Assembly: GCA_002633005.1 (NCBI GenBank)
Contig: NMRA01000118.1
Location: 24,032 to 88,031, forward strand
Direction of reading: 5' to 3'
DNA: 64,000 nucleotides
Origin: Phoronis australis
Taxonomy: Eukaryota; Animalia; Phoronida
Shown: piece after piece, positions 11,791-25,100 of the stretch
Position numbering within the stretch: the first letter of the stretch is position 1
How the letters are laid out: each line of letters opens with the position of its first letter
Program-made: the position numbers and the translations under genes
The notes under the pieces: model-generated
Database searches by the model: none
What the model was told of the DNA's origin: nothing
The model's input: the letters and a program-made list of their open reading frames with translations, nothing else

Positions 11791-14199
11791 AGAGGCATGA
11801 AATTCGAGTAAAAGAAAAAATCAACAGAAACGAAGCCTACCCCAGAAATGCACGACCGTGATTTAGATTCAAAATCCACAAATTGCAACCTTGAGAGAAC
11901 ATACCTGTGTTCTCGACTTACTCAACTCCTGGGAGCACGTAATGCCCCATATTAAAGCCACTTGATATAAATGTCAAAGTATTCTGTTTGGAGGTGGGGG
12001 GAGGGGGGGTGGGTACACGTACAACTTATGACAAAGGTGCGAAACTTACTGAAGCTTGCCATGTTCCGAATAAAGAGCAAAGTTTGACTGATTTGTCATC
12101 AATTCCTGCATGATCCAAACCGCTGTGAATCGCTGTGAACGTTTTAAATCTATTGGTAGACCCACACAAAAGTTTCAACCTCTACTCATTTTGAAATAAA
12201 GCGGAAACTACATAAGGATAGGCCTTTCTCAACTTTTCGATTACTCTTTTTTATTTTCATATTTGAACCAACAAAGCCCAAAAATCTCAAGTGGTGAGGT
12301 GTCGCCCAAAGCCCCTAAACCCCCTATCTACCGGCCTGTTATTAGTTACTTCGCTTCATGCACCGTTCTTCAAACGCTATTAGGAACCATTGTTCTTGGA
12401 ATGTTCCACTTTTGTATAAAGGACTATCAAAAATTGGACTTACTTCGATTTTTATGAAAAAAATGTGAACACTTTCGTGGCTGAGCTAAACGTCACTTGC
12501 AAAATGCCACAGTATTTCAAGCGTCACTGGTGTTGAATGTGTAGCGGACACCTTGAGAAAAATTGGCAATTTGTTATCGAAAACTGCAAAACGACGAATT
12601 TTGCTCCATAGCTGCATTGGCGAAACGAAGCTGTTAACTCCTAGAAGTCAATCACATCCAACAATTATCCTTAAAACCGAGCATATCAAACTTCTGCGTA
12701 TTCTAATAATTTACCAGTTGGGTATTGACTTTTCATTTGCTCCTATTAAAATGAATTAATTTGAGAAAACACTTCAATATCGTTTTTTCTCTGACGTTTC
12801 GCTCTACCAACCAAGCATGCATAATTCTTGCGGAGTTAGCATAAGCTAAATATAGGGCAACTAAGCATACGTGAAATTCGTGAGTTTAAAAAATGACTAG
12901 GTTGCTAAACACGATCTCGCTAAGAGCACGACCGAGTTATCATGTTGTGTGATAAGAGGCTATTATTATAAGAGTGCCGGGGTAACGTTGTCATTCGCTC
13001 AGTGTGTTTTAGGTAGTACATGGGTAAGGCGGCGGCTGGACGGCCGATAAGATATCTTCGTGAACCTTATAGAGAACCAAAGGTTTTTGAAGTGGTATAG
13101 TCGACAGCATGGTAAATATAGCATAAATTCATGTTTGCGTAACTTTCAAACGTATTACTGAATTGATGACGCGTACATAAAGCTATAGAACGTCTTAAAG
13201 GTAGTTATAGTTTCGTTGTTATTTAAAAATACTCAAAATTTTGAAAAACACCCTCTCGCCGGGCGTAGCCCGCTTCGTTCGTCGATTTTGTTTCTACAGT
13301 ATTCTGTCGGATTCAATGACTGTAAATCAGTTTTGCAGCCAAATGTATTGCAAGAATATCCGAGTCAAACACTCAGACGATAGAAGCATAGACATACATA
13401 TCAGATATTGCTTTTGTATCTACATGTACATGTATGCCTAGAAGTCCATGCTGGTACTTATGATCTTAGTTACAAAACTAACTGTTAACCCGACCTGACG
13501 CAATAACGTTCATATTCATATCTATAATACCCTCAAGGTGACCGAAAGTGCGTGTGTATAAACCAGCTGCTGCAAACGCACGAAGTTCACCGAAGAGTGA
13601 AAAACCTGATGTATGATAATAAGTAGTAGGAGGTGAAGGGCTTATGGAAAACACACCTTATTAAAACGGGTGTTTGCATGCTAAGATTAATTGCAAAACA
13701 GACGCGCTTATAAATTGATAATAATTCTTTTGCTTATAAATCTTTCAGTTGAGAAATGATAACCTTATCTATAACAACCTGCGAGTCAACGTTAGTTTAA
13801 AACTCTGTGTTTTTGAACAAATACACTTATCAGTTTTGCCTCTCGGAATGAAGTCACTCGACAACAGGCCGAGGGGGATTTTGCTCTGGCCAGTATTGGG
13901 CCAGTGTGAATTTACTCGCAGAAGCAACTAGTTACTCGTGAATACTGCTATTTTAAATATAAAAACCGCTCCAAAATTTCAATCAAACCACTTCCCTTAA
14001 CGAAAGTAAATTCGTGAATATTCTCTGATTTCTTTTCACAAATGTTGAACATTTCACTGAGATACTGGTGACGAATCACGTGTCAGGGTGTGCATATATT
14101 ACATCTGATTGATGACTTCCAGTTTGCTTCATTAGAGGTCATTTGCCTCAGGTCACAATAACAAGTGGTTATGTAGGATCTTGTTGACAATACTGCGAC

Positions 14200-14700
14200 T
14201 ATAGCCAACGGCCAAACCCCTACCAAACGATAGATTTCAACTTCGTAAGAGAATATTTTCCGGAAGTAGAAAGCCTGTAGAATTTGACTGTTGACTTTTT
14301 ACAAATCTTCCATTAACTGGGTCACGTAGTCATGGCTTTTTGGTAATTTTTAAACAAAAAGAAAGGTGCATTGATAGCAAAACAACAATATGAATAACAA
14401 GAAAAATGTTATTTTATATACATGTTCAAGATGAGATCTCAAAACGCTATTGCAGCTTTCTAACATACGTTTTTGTTTCATGCAACTGAAGATTTTTCTC
14501 CATAAAAATCATGAAGGTCTCATTTTTGATAGCCCTCATACAGAAGTGGAATGTTTTAAAACAATTAATAACAACGACTTTGAGAACAGTACATGAAACA
14601 GTCACTGTGTCTGAAAAAGAAATCCGACCATCAATTTCTCAAACTTTATGTTCTGAAGAATGTTGAATTTTGGCATTTTAAGGTCCTAAATAACTTTAAT
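14200..14700 (+). repeat. Interspersed repeat, copy A (related to 17665-18180)
   Basis: Shared blocks: attaa(c/t)tgggtcacgt, aaaaagaaagg, atgttcaagatgagatctcaaaa vs atgttgaagatgaaatctcaaaa, gctttcta vs gttttcta. Confidence 0.75.
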
Positions 14701-15163
14701 CGTTTAATGAGAATTTCCATGGTGATCACACTAAAATTAATGAGCCTACATTACATGAATGTCACCCATTCTTCATTGATGTTCTGATGGCAACTATATT
14801 TGCCATAAGTTTAGCATTCATTATTCATTTAAACATTCTACCAGAAGTAATGTGTTTTTGATTTCAATCAACATTCACCATCAAAACGACGAAAAAGAAG
14901 TCGTACACTTTCACACACTCTTCGAAAAACAATTACTTGCTATAATTAGTTTTTCAGTGTCTCCGGGGTTGATTCGACTTGTTCCAATTTTTTAAACGAA
15001 AGAAGGTGAAAGAATGGGACAAATTTTGAATTTTTATTTCGCTACCAGTTACCTGGCAGTCAGGTCTGTGTATACCTGTTGCACAGGCCTTTTTACATTG
15101 TTTCACTTGTACTGTGCTGAACTCTGAGCGCGTTTATTAAACAGGAGCCCTGCCTATATTTTA

Positions 15164-15183
15164 TGACGTCACGAGTTGAGTCA
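15164..15183 (+). promoter_or_regulatory. Adjacent CRE (TGACGTCA) and AP-1 (TGAGTCA) motifs upstream of RASEF exon 1a
   Basis: Perfect consensus matches 5 bp apart, upstream of a possible non-coding leader exon (donor cag|gtaaaa at 15424; acceptor tttcag| at 15744). Confidence 0.35.
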
Positions 15184-15833
15184 TGTGGGCTTGAGACCAA
15201 CTGTTGCTTGCGCTCGTGGAAAGAAATCGATGAGGTTTGGTAAGAGCTCAGATTGTAAAGTCCTAATTAAGGTGAGATGACACGGAGCTTAAACAGGATT
15301 ATTCACTTTTATCTCGTGAAAATTATGTTTTAGCAACGTTGACTACATTGGTTGATGACAGAGAGCCACAGGCGTAGCAAGGCACTCCGCGTTTAAACAC
15401 CGTGTCAGTAAACATCAGATCAGGTAAAATGAACGAAAGCACGTATATGGCCTACAACTATACGTATTACGGTGTATATCACATGACAAAGTCAAGTCTG
15501 TGTTGTTCATACCAATATTTCCAATATCGGCATACAACGGACAGATATTGGTGGATATGAAGTGCGTTGGTTTTCGTGCCCTCCGAAATCCGTCCACGGA
15601 CACCTAAGCAAGTGTTTTATTTTAATGCCGCTTCATTGCACTTCCCATCAAGGCTTATTAAAATGTATTATACAAGTGTACGTCACTGGGTTTTGATAAT
15701 GAGTGGTCATTGTTTTAACAGTTTGTCTCTGGTTTTCGTTTCAGGTAGTGGAAGCTGGTGACAGCGACCAAGTACGATGACGTGTGCGGTTACTGGGCCC
15801 CAGTATTCAAAATAATGATCCTAGTTGAACCTT

Positions 15834-16180
15834 ATGGAAAACAACACAAATTTAAAGGCTTTATTCACTGCCTGTGACCTCGACGGGTCTGGGTATTTGG
15901 ATCAGAGTGAGCTATCCATTGTGTGCAAAGAGTTGTCTCGAGAGGATTTAGACGTGATCTTCGAAGAACTAGATCGAGATGGAGACGGAAAAATTAGCGT
16001 CGAGGAGTTCCAGTATGGATTCTCGGCAATGACCACTGAGGGCGGATCCAAGGCACGAAAGAGTGCTGAGGAGATGCGTGGCAGCTTCTCAAAGAATCGC
16101 AGAAAATTGGACTCAATTGACTGTGAACCTGGAACTGAGTTTGTTGCTAAGCTTGACGAAGGATTTACGGCGCTATCATG
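15834..16180 (+). CDS. RASEF: RASEF alternative first coding exon 1a (two canonical EF-hands)
   Basis: Loops [12 protein letters not shown] and [12 protein letters not shown]; donor tg|gtgagt, phase 2, matching exon 30615. Confidence 0.9.
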
Positions 16181-19100
16181 GTGAGTTGATTTAGAATTGT
16201 AATTAATACAGGAGCTGGGAAAAAACACCTGTTACCTTGCTAAACACACAAAGCTTTCAGTAACAGTTCACCTCGTTCAAGTGTGCTTTTACCTGCAGGC
16301 GGCGTTGTCGCTGTAAGTAATGAAATGTGTAATATAACAGCAATTAATAGTTTTAAATCGAACGAACAGTCTATAACAGGGGTCATAGAACGTTTCCAGT
16401 ATAGCACAGAACCAGTAAGAGAATTCTGGAATGTTATAGAAAAAGTAAATCTGTTTGGAAGATCAGAGTCTCTAATTTATAAAATCAAATATCAAATGCT
16501 AATGAAGTTCGTATTCAAAAAAGTAACAACTGATCATTATCGGCGAAACTCGTTTTCTGCATGGCTGTAAGATTTAAGAAATGTACTGCTTGTCCAAAAT
16601 ACGCTTCATCCAATATTAAATGGCAAGATTATTTAACTCACCTAGTCCATAAAATGAATAACGTCCTGTACCAATTGTTGCTTTTGAAAATGATATTCAT
16701 GCTAACGTTATTAACAGGTTTACCCCAAAAATGACGTCTCAATCATTGTCAAAACTTTTTTCCATAATTGGTTTGAAATTTTGATCTTGATGATGATGAA
16801 GTGATTCATTTCTCTTACAATGTAAACACTTGCAAAGAACTTTTATATTCGACAATTGTATTTATACATTTCAAAATCGTTCTAAAAAGTAGATTCACCA
16901 AAACTTTGTATCTACAGGTATTACAATTTGGAAAGCGTTATAAGTGTTTTTTGGAAGGTACACGTCTATGCTGTGAACTCAGCATTCACAGTCTTTATAG
17001 CCACCAGTCTTTTCCATCATAATTCGTTGTTTAATACTGGCATATTAGTCCTTAAATGCGTTAAAGTTATGACGTATTGCATGTGGGTGGCATGCTTTCA
17101 ACTACTAAATGCGCAGACTGTAACTCAGGGCAGACGCGCTCAAGTAAACCGGGCTGCGTTCAGCATTTCAGGTACAGTGTCTTGCGAGTTCGTCGATACC
17201 ACGCCCGTATAGATTGGATATCGCCTTGCAATGCGAGTAAATCTCTTTCCAGTAGAATACAAAGCGCTCGGACACGCCGATCTTCCCCCACCCCAGGCAC
17301 TCAGCCTCCTTTAACTTTACGGTCTGGTGAACTAGTCGAAAAACGAGGCTCTTTGGTTATATTTTTGTCATGATAAGCTACGATCTGATTTTTAAGCGTA
17401 TTTAAGCATTACTCTTTGTTTATCATTTCTATCATTTTCCGTAAATTGTTGAGACAAATACTTATTCAGTTGCTGCTCTATGACTCCAATTGTACAGTGT
17501 TCCTTTTTGGACAATATTTATGCGATACAAAACAGAAGCACAATTGTACTGTGGACCGAAACAAATTGTGACACTGTGAGCAGTGGACTTGATGATCACA
17601 ACCCACGTTTATCATCTGCACTATGACTCAAGTTACGTTAGCTAAGCTTGTGTAGGACCTTATAGATTGGCCGGTATATTCAGCCAAACATCTACAAAAC
17701 TATAGAGTTTCGGAAAATAAAAAACCTGCAGAGTACGACTTCCTATGTTGTACTAATCTGCTATTAATTGGGTCACGTGACCATGTCTTTTCAGTATAAT
17801 CTAATAAAAAGAAAGGCATATCCATAGCTAAACAACGGTATCAATAACGTGTCCAATTTTTTCGATATTAATGTTGAAGATGAAATCTCAAAAACACTAT
17901 TACAGTTTTCTAAATTCATTCATGTAACTTTTGATTTGTCCACGAGAGTCATAAAAGTCCTATTCATGCAACTTTTGGTTTGTCCATGAGAGTCATTAAA
18001 GTCCTATTCTTGACAGCCCTTCATGCAAAAGAGGAGACTTTGTTAAACCAATTCCTTACACTGGTTTGGAGAGCAATGAAGCAAAGCATGCTATCTGAAA
18101 GTTTCTCATGAATCCCGTCAGCCATTTCTTAAACATGATATTTAGTAGTTTGCCAAATTTAGCCATTTTTCGAGGTAATACATACCCTCAGGTTGCAAAA
18201 GCGTTTAAATGCACCTTGACTCTAACCTTGGTTGACCAATAAAGAACCAGATGCCAGCCGAGGTATCTTCACTAGAATTTTAATGTTAATAACCCTGGAT
18301 GCGAAGCAAGATTTCACCTAATTTTTAAACCTATTGCTCTATTCACACCAACAAGCATGGGTGTATGGTACACGTGGCGCGTGTGGTGTACTGGTTACAC
18401 TACTGAACTAACAATCTAAAGGATCCTAGTCCAATCCCTGCCTGCGCTATAAAAAGAGAAAAAATTGCTCATCGATGACTTCAATGAGTGTACCATACAC
18501 ACGTGCTCGTTCTTCTAAGAACGCTGTAACATCTGAAGATGGCAGGAGAAATGACCAACCGAAACGTCTTGCCAATGTAAATAGTGTAGAGGTTGTTGTA
18601 AAAAGACCTATGCATTTTAGAAATGATGTTACCACGTCACCACCTCGAAGTGGTTTTAGCATGGCAAGATGTAACCTACACGTATCCACACACACGGGGG
18701 CCTCACACTATCGCACTCCTACTAGACGGTTCAAAAGCGATAGCCGAGCAGGTTCCATTATACACTATGGGACTACAGCTTTGAGGCTATAAGCCACTCT
18801 TGTCACTCTAACGGTTTCATAGTTTGAGGGAAGCAGAGATGTACTAAAGCATCATTAACTAATTGCAATTATCCCCCATGTTTGTCCAGTGTCTTGCTTC
18901 TTCATCAACCACCAAGCCCGTTGCCAAACAATTTCCGAAAAGTTCAACAAAGTCATTTGAGTTAAACTGTCCAATAACTGAGCAAACACCTAAGTGAAAC
19001 GCTAACTAAAACGTCTACCTCCATGCCGGCCAGGTCTTATGGTAAAAGGAAAACGAACCGAGCATATGAAGAAATCTCTGAATTAAAAATGCTATTCATA

Positions 19101-22100
19101 AAGTGACACCCGAATTGGAAGCAACATAACTTCCCCTTACTCTCTTCTGCCTAACTGACGTCACAGGTATCATCTGCAGAAGGTTTTACCTTCTTGTTTA
19201 AATCTGTCCAATTTCACTGTATTCATTTGCATGTGATCGTATGATCATAATAAGCAGGCCCTCAAGGCCAATACGCAACAATCCAGCATAGCTCAGGCAA
19301 CACTTGTGTGTCGCAAGGCGGAACCAACCACAGTTTTCGAAGGATAAATGTTTGTGTTACTAACCGGTGCAACGTTAAAGTGCTTTTAACGTCAGCTAGG
19401 TCCACTGACGTACACCCCCGTGAGTAGCCAACAATTTCCGGCAAACGCCCTCCTTCAGTCGCGAATAATATTCGCCTCACACAGTCATTTTCAAACTCCC
19501 TGAGAACTGAGAAGTGTCGCCCAAAGCATACAATACAACTAGCTAGGACCACAGGGGCGGGAAAAATTTTCACGGGTTGATAATTTTACACGCTCAATTT
19601 AGATCCCGTCGGAAACGGCCTTTCAAGTCTTTTTACGGGATCAAAATCTAATACTACACCGGTGACTTTTTAGTGTTGTCTGGGGAAAGAAAACTAATGT
19701 AGATCACACATGGCTGTATTTAAAAGGCGAAAAGACAAGTAAAACGACCCATCCCTAGGAAGCGTTAAGTCTACGGGTTTAACACCGGTGATTCTGGTAC
19801 AAAACTTGATAAAAGGTCCTCACTAATAGGGGCTTGTGTACACATTTTAGGGCACCTGAATTTTCCAGCTGCACCCCCGTCAAAATATAGGCGAATACCT
19901 CTGGGCGGAGGGTTTACAGCAAGGTAATTCGAGATAATACAAAGTACCATTGTGTGTTCAGGATCTTTAGAACTTATGCGATAGTGTTTGGGATTTCGAG
20001 ATGGAGGAGCAATTTTCAGAAATTAAAACGAAATAAACTGCGACTCAGGCATTTTGAGAACGACGCACTAATCGATAATGCGACTGCACTAATTATATTC
20101 ACGCTATGTTGATTTTAAGAAATCAAAATTCAATCGAGCAGTTCTATGAACATAATTTGATAGATTTCCGAAAAAATATGTGACGCATAAAGATACTCGA
20201 GTCTAGAGGATGCGTTATTGTAAACGCAGCGCTGAAGGAAATGTAGTCGCGCAAGATTGTCGATGTCATTGATCTAGGATCGTTGTGTTTGCTTACTATT
20301 GTAGATGGTAACGCACTGTTACATCCCAAGTAAATTAGCACATTGTCTATTACATGTCTCTTTTTTGCTATTTACTGTTTTTGTGTACAAGTGTGAAAAC
20401 TTCGATTACTCATTTACTTGGGACACACCAGGGGAGGCAATCTGTCTACCTCGGCGGCCCACACGTGTTCACTTCTCATTAATGCAAACATTTTTTACGA
20501 GCTGTGGTTCTTTTCTCACCTTCTGAAGTTCTTACGAACTCAGTAGAAAAGAAGCACATTAATTAGAAAGTTGGAAAATATCGCCGTTAGTGAAAACGCC
20601 TTTGTGGTAGGTGAGGGAGGAAGATTTTCAATCCTGCACGTTTTGTCTTGCTCACGTTAGTCAGAAGAAATCATACATCAAATTTGTTTTTAGTTGAAAG
20701 TCCCATATTTTTATCCTTCGAAATCGCACGTGGTCTCCCTAAGTAAGTTCATAGACTATAGTACATTGTAAGTTTGACTGTATGGTTGTGTTCTGTGGCA
20801 AGTGAAACTGGCGGCGTTGTTATACATGTATGAATTTATGAGAGTAAAATATTACTGATGTTTAGAAATACGCTCGTGTTCATTCAGGTGTATTTGAAAA
20901 GCTGCTGCGTTTGTTGTTTGCATAAGCGTAGCTGCTGACAGTCAGTTCAGTAGTAGGAGTCCCTATATTATTTAAATATTGTTAAAAACGCAGACTCCTA
21001 GGCCTTCTGCGCATTTGAGACACCTTTCCGAGACACCAGCGTGAAAGGTCGATACGTAACGTTAGAAGTCCACGCAGTATGATGGTCAAGCGCCTATATA
21101 CTAATGCAAACACGATCCCTGTATTGTTTTATTTCGTCATCAAAGAATCCAGATATTTTTCCAAAGATGTGCGATAAGCTTAGTATCAACAAATAACCTG
21201 ATCTCTGTTTTCGTATTTAGTTATTATTCATTTTCATTATCAACATTGAATGATTAAATGATGGCAACTTGCATTTGAGATTACAAAAAAGATTCAACTC
21301 AGTGGAAGTGGCCTCGGAGGCGGTAATTTGTTTTGTTATACCTAGATTTTAACCTTGGTTGGCTTGAAATGCCAACCAGGTTTCACTTAAAAAGCAGTTT
21401 GGCTACTATGCGAGTAATCTGGGTACAGACTTAGTTGACATCTCATCTATAAACTTGATATATTTTAACAACCCTTTAAAGGACCGAATTTGAGAAACTA
21501 ATGACATTTTGTCATATTTTGCATACATTTGTCCCATTCCAGAATTGCAAAATAATCCCGGAAGAGCGCCTACGGCAGCATTTTCGGTTTTTGTTTGCTT
21601 TATGCTGTCAGAAGCTCTTTCGGAAATACCCGGTGAGTAGACATGACAACGTACTTGCTTTTGAAATTTCAAAGCTCTCTACGTTGTTATTCAATAAATT
21701 CAACCATCTTCGGAGTAACGATCGTTTAGTGCCCGCGCTACAGTGCCCCACGGCCGACTGTGACATTTTCGATGATCGATCAACAAAATACACGCACTAA
21801 ACGGGACTAATAAATTGTCTGTTGACTTGGCAAACAAATCTAACCAATGGTTGCAGAAACTCGGCGAAATCATTAAACGACGGAAACAAGTTAATTGGAA
21901 CCTGACGAAAAGACAACTTTGAAAAGACAACGCACAGGACTAAATGTGAAGAGTGATTCTTGGCCAGCGTCGTCGTGAGGCAACTGTAAGAATACTTTGA
22001 GAAATCTCTTTCGTAATCGTCATTTTAGTGACTGACCGCTCTTTGTATTGGTGGGCTGTATTATGCTCACTCACTGACCCTTGTCATCACTGACATCGGC

Positions 22101-25100
22101 TGTCCAGCTTTAGTTTTGACAATTGGATGAAATAGTTGTGAGAAAGGGAACACAACTGGATTAGACTAGGTGCCGTTGATAACTGGGCTCTGGGGAGACG
22201 TCATGGACCTTGGAGCCATAGACTTTCTAACCAATTGTGATAGACCAACTACTATTTACCAGAAAATAAGTTTGGGATTTCGGAATAATATGCTGGATCT
22301 GTGGCACAGGTGTGTAAAGAACCAGGCGCTCTGAGGCTTGTCTGCTACGCTTGCGGACTAATTCAAAACCAACGAAGGCAATAACCGGGCACAACTGATG
22401 GCATCGACACTGTGAACTCTAGTTTAGCATTTTATTGTGGTAAATTTTAGTAATCGTTTTTTTTTAAATAGTATAAGGCTCTACCTAACCGTAGCACATA
22501 ATGGAAGGAAGCTCCGATTTGGAAGTCATTTTAGAATGTGTAGAAACGGATTTTATCGAAATTGATGATTTTAAAAGGCTGTGCTCCGATCTAAACATGA
22601 GCGATAATGCTCTCGAAGGGACCTTCAGGGAGCTCGACACTGACAGCGACGGTAGGATCAACTATGAAGACTTTGAAAACGGACTTCAGAAAGTGTTTGC
22701 ACTCCTTTCTAGTAGTCATTCAACAACGCAGAGAATCTGGAGTAATCACGAGAAGTCGTGTGAAGCACACGTGAAAAGCAACGAGTCTGTAAAAAAGCGG
22801 AGAGTTCTACCCGAGCCCGAGGACGACCCTAAGAATGAAGATCTTGTTCATAGCAATAACCTGTCTACGAAAAATGATGATACGTGGGTGAATGAAATTG
22901 AGCAGGATATTTCGGTCGCTATGCCTACAAGTCCGCAAGATAACAGTGGCGTTTCCAACGGAGGAATCCACGTTTATGACAGTGATGAGTTGTGCACACC
23001 TTTGGGGATGTTTCGACAGAGCATAGCAGAAGAGTGGACATGCTTAAGTCCCGCAAGGTGACCTTTCTTACTTTGCTTCTTTTTATTTTTAAATGATATT
23101 GTGCTCGCACATGTTTGAAGCTTACAAATTGATTTTGGATACACATGGCTTGCTTTTGCACGGATGAGTCTTGAGCTGTTTTTATTTAGGATTTCAGTGT
23201 AGCAAGAATTAAGTAATTCATGACGCGAAATGATGCAAATGGACGCTGAGATTTTGGCTATTGTATTACGTCCAGGGTGGCGCTCATGCGAGGTACTCTT
23301 GGTAATTTTAAAACGATGAGAATTTTTTTCGCATTAGTTGTTGATTTTAGCTTTCCGAAAGCGCAAGTCTTAGGACACAGTTCAGTTTAAATCTGACAAA
23401 TTAAACAAAAACTGATCACAAATATGTGCGCCAAAATTTGAGAAGATTGCGACTGCCACTGCAAAACGATTGATTTTTGAGATGCACAAAATACATTTGA
23501 ATATACCAAAATATTTTTTAAGCATTCTCGTTTTGAGTGAATCAAGAGTTTGTGTGTGTTTCACTGTCTACTCACTTTTACCGACTTTCATGTTGTCGCA
23601 GCAAAACACGCTTTAGCATTTTATCGGTCCAGACTATCAAATAATCCTGAAGACTTCACTGAAAATCAACAAATCATTCAAAATATACTCGGAAAATTTT
23701 TGCGTCTAGTGAATTTGATGGTCTAGGGTTGTAGTTATATCAAATAAAAATAATGTTTTATGGATCTAAAACTTTCAAGTTAAGTCAAAGTGCTTTGCTG
23801 CGTGAAACTACCTGACTATGCTGTAAAAATGCTATAGAGTAAATCTGTCAGCGAATTTGATATTCATCTGTCAACACGTACCGAAACTGCGCGTTGTAAA
23901 TTGTCACTTGTGCGTATTAATTGAGATTCCAATCCACAGAAATTAATGCCATTAAACAATTACCGGCATTTCCCTTGTTTACACTTGACGTTCTGTGACA
24001 TTTTCACGCGTTTAACCACTACTTGACATTCTGCTAACTCTCGGCGGATAAGACTGGTGATCGAATGTTTGCAAACTGCTGCTTACACACACAAATGCAT
24101 GAGCAAGTTTAGCTCCACAACAAATCACGTGAAAATAGTCAAAACGTCGTGACAATTTTCACCGACATTCAAATATAATGTAATACAGTAAATGCAACTT
24201 CGTTATGTCATGAATTTCTATAATTTCTCACTACATTTAGGAGAAGTAATTCATTGCTAGTTTCCAAAGGCAGCACCACTGTTGTTTCCAAAAGCGGAAT
24301 CACTGGGTGGGAGAGGGGACGGGACCTAATCATTCACGACCAGATGTTTTTGTGTTTGTTCACTTACATAACGCAGAATTGTTACCGTCACTTTGTTCAT
24401 TAAGTAATATGCAAAATGAAAACTGAAAATATAAATACAATCTTTAAAATTACTGCAAACATATTGTAATTTAACATTAGGTGTGAATATACCTAATACA
24501 CTGTTCAATATCTGAGTCGTTGTTATTGAAATAGAACGTAAATAATAATAAAATTGCCGTTTTAAGTGAGAGTGTGAAAAGATGGTGGGCCCCATTATCG
24601 TCTTAAAGAATAATAAAAACATAAAAATAGAAGCAAACAGAAGGGACAAATTAAAAAAAGGTAAAATGATAACAAACTAGAAAGACGAATACTTAGGTGA
24701 GTGTATAAGCTGTTATGCAACAACATATCACTTTACAAGAGATGAAAAAGATTTTTTTACAACATCTCTGTCTTGACTGGGGTGCGAACCCAGGTGGGTC
24801 CTGATAGCGCAGTTGATTAGAGCGTCTGCATGGTTAACAGGATGTCTTGGGTTCGAGCCCCCGACGGATCTGAATTTTTTTCAGACTTAACTACATATAA
24901 GTCACGTAATGTGGCCAAGATATGGCGAGTAAGAAAACTAAGAATGAAAGCAGTGTGGACTGGTGACTCATATCGCCACCTGGCTGTACCGATAGTGGGT
25001 CAGAACTCTGTTAGAGCTGACAAGGGTCAGATTTGACGGTAAATTCATTGTACCAACTTGTAATTTTATATGTAATAATGTACACAATAACGTCACTTGG

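Noticed and set aside
16181-16184. Stop codon immediately after the donors of exons 1a and 1b, suggesting EF-hand-only short proteins
   Set aside because: Any phase-2 GTGA/GTAA donor gives such a stop automatically; no independent evidence for intronic polyadenylation.
18447-18792. Overlapping 82-105 aa ORFs in RASEF intron 1 as a third alternative exon
   Set aside because: No EF-hand similarity and no suitable phase-2 donor recognised.
21501-21800. 99-aa ORF with a ccg|gtgagt donor near 21633
   Set aside because: No homology recognised; at most a non-coding leader exon for isoform 1b, which I cannot support.
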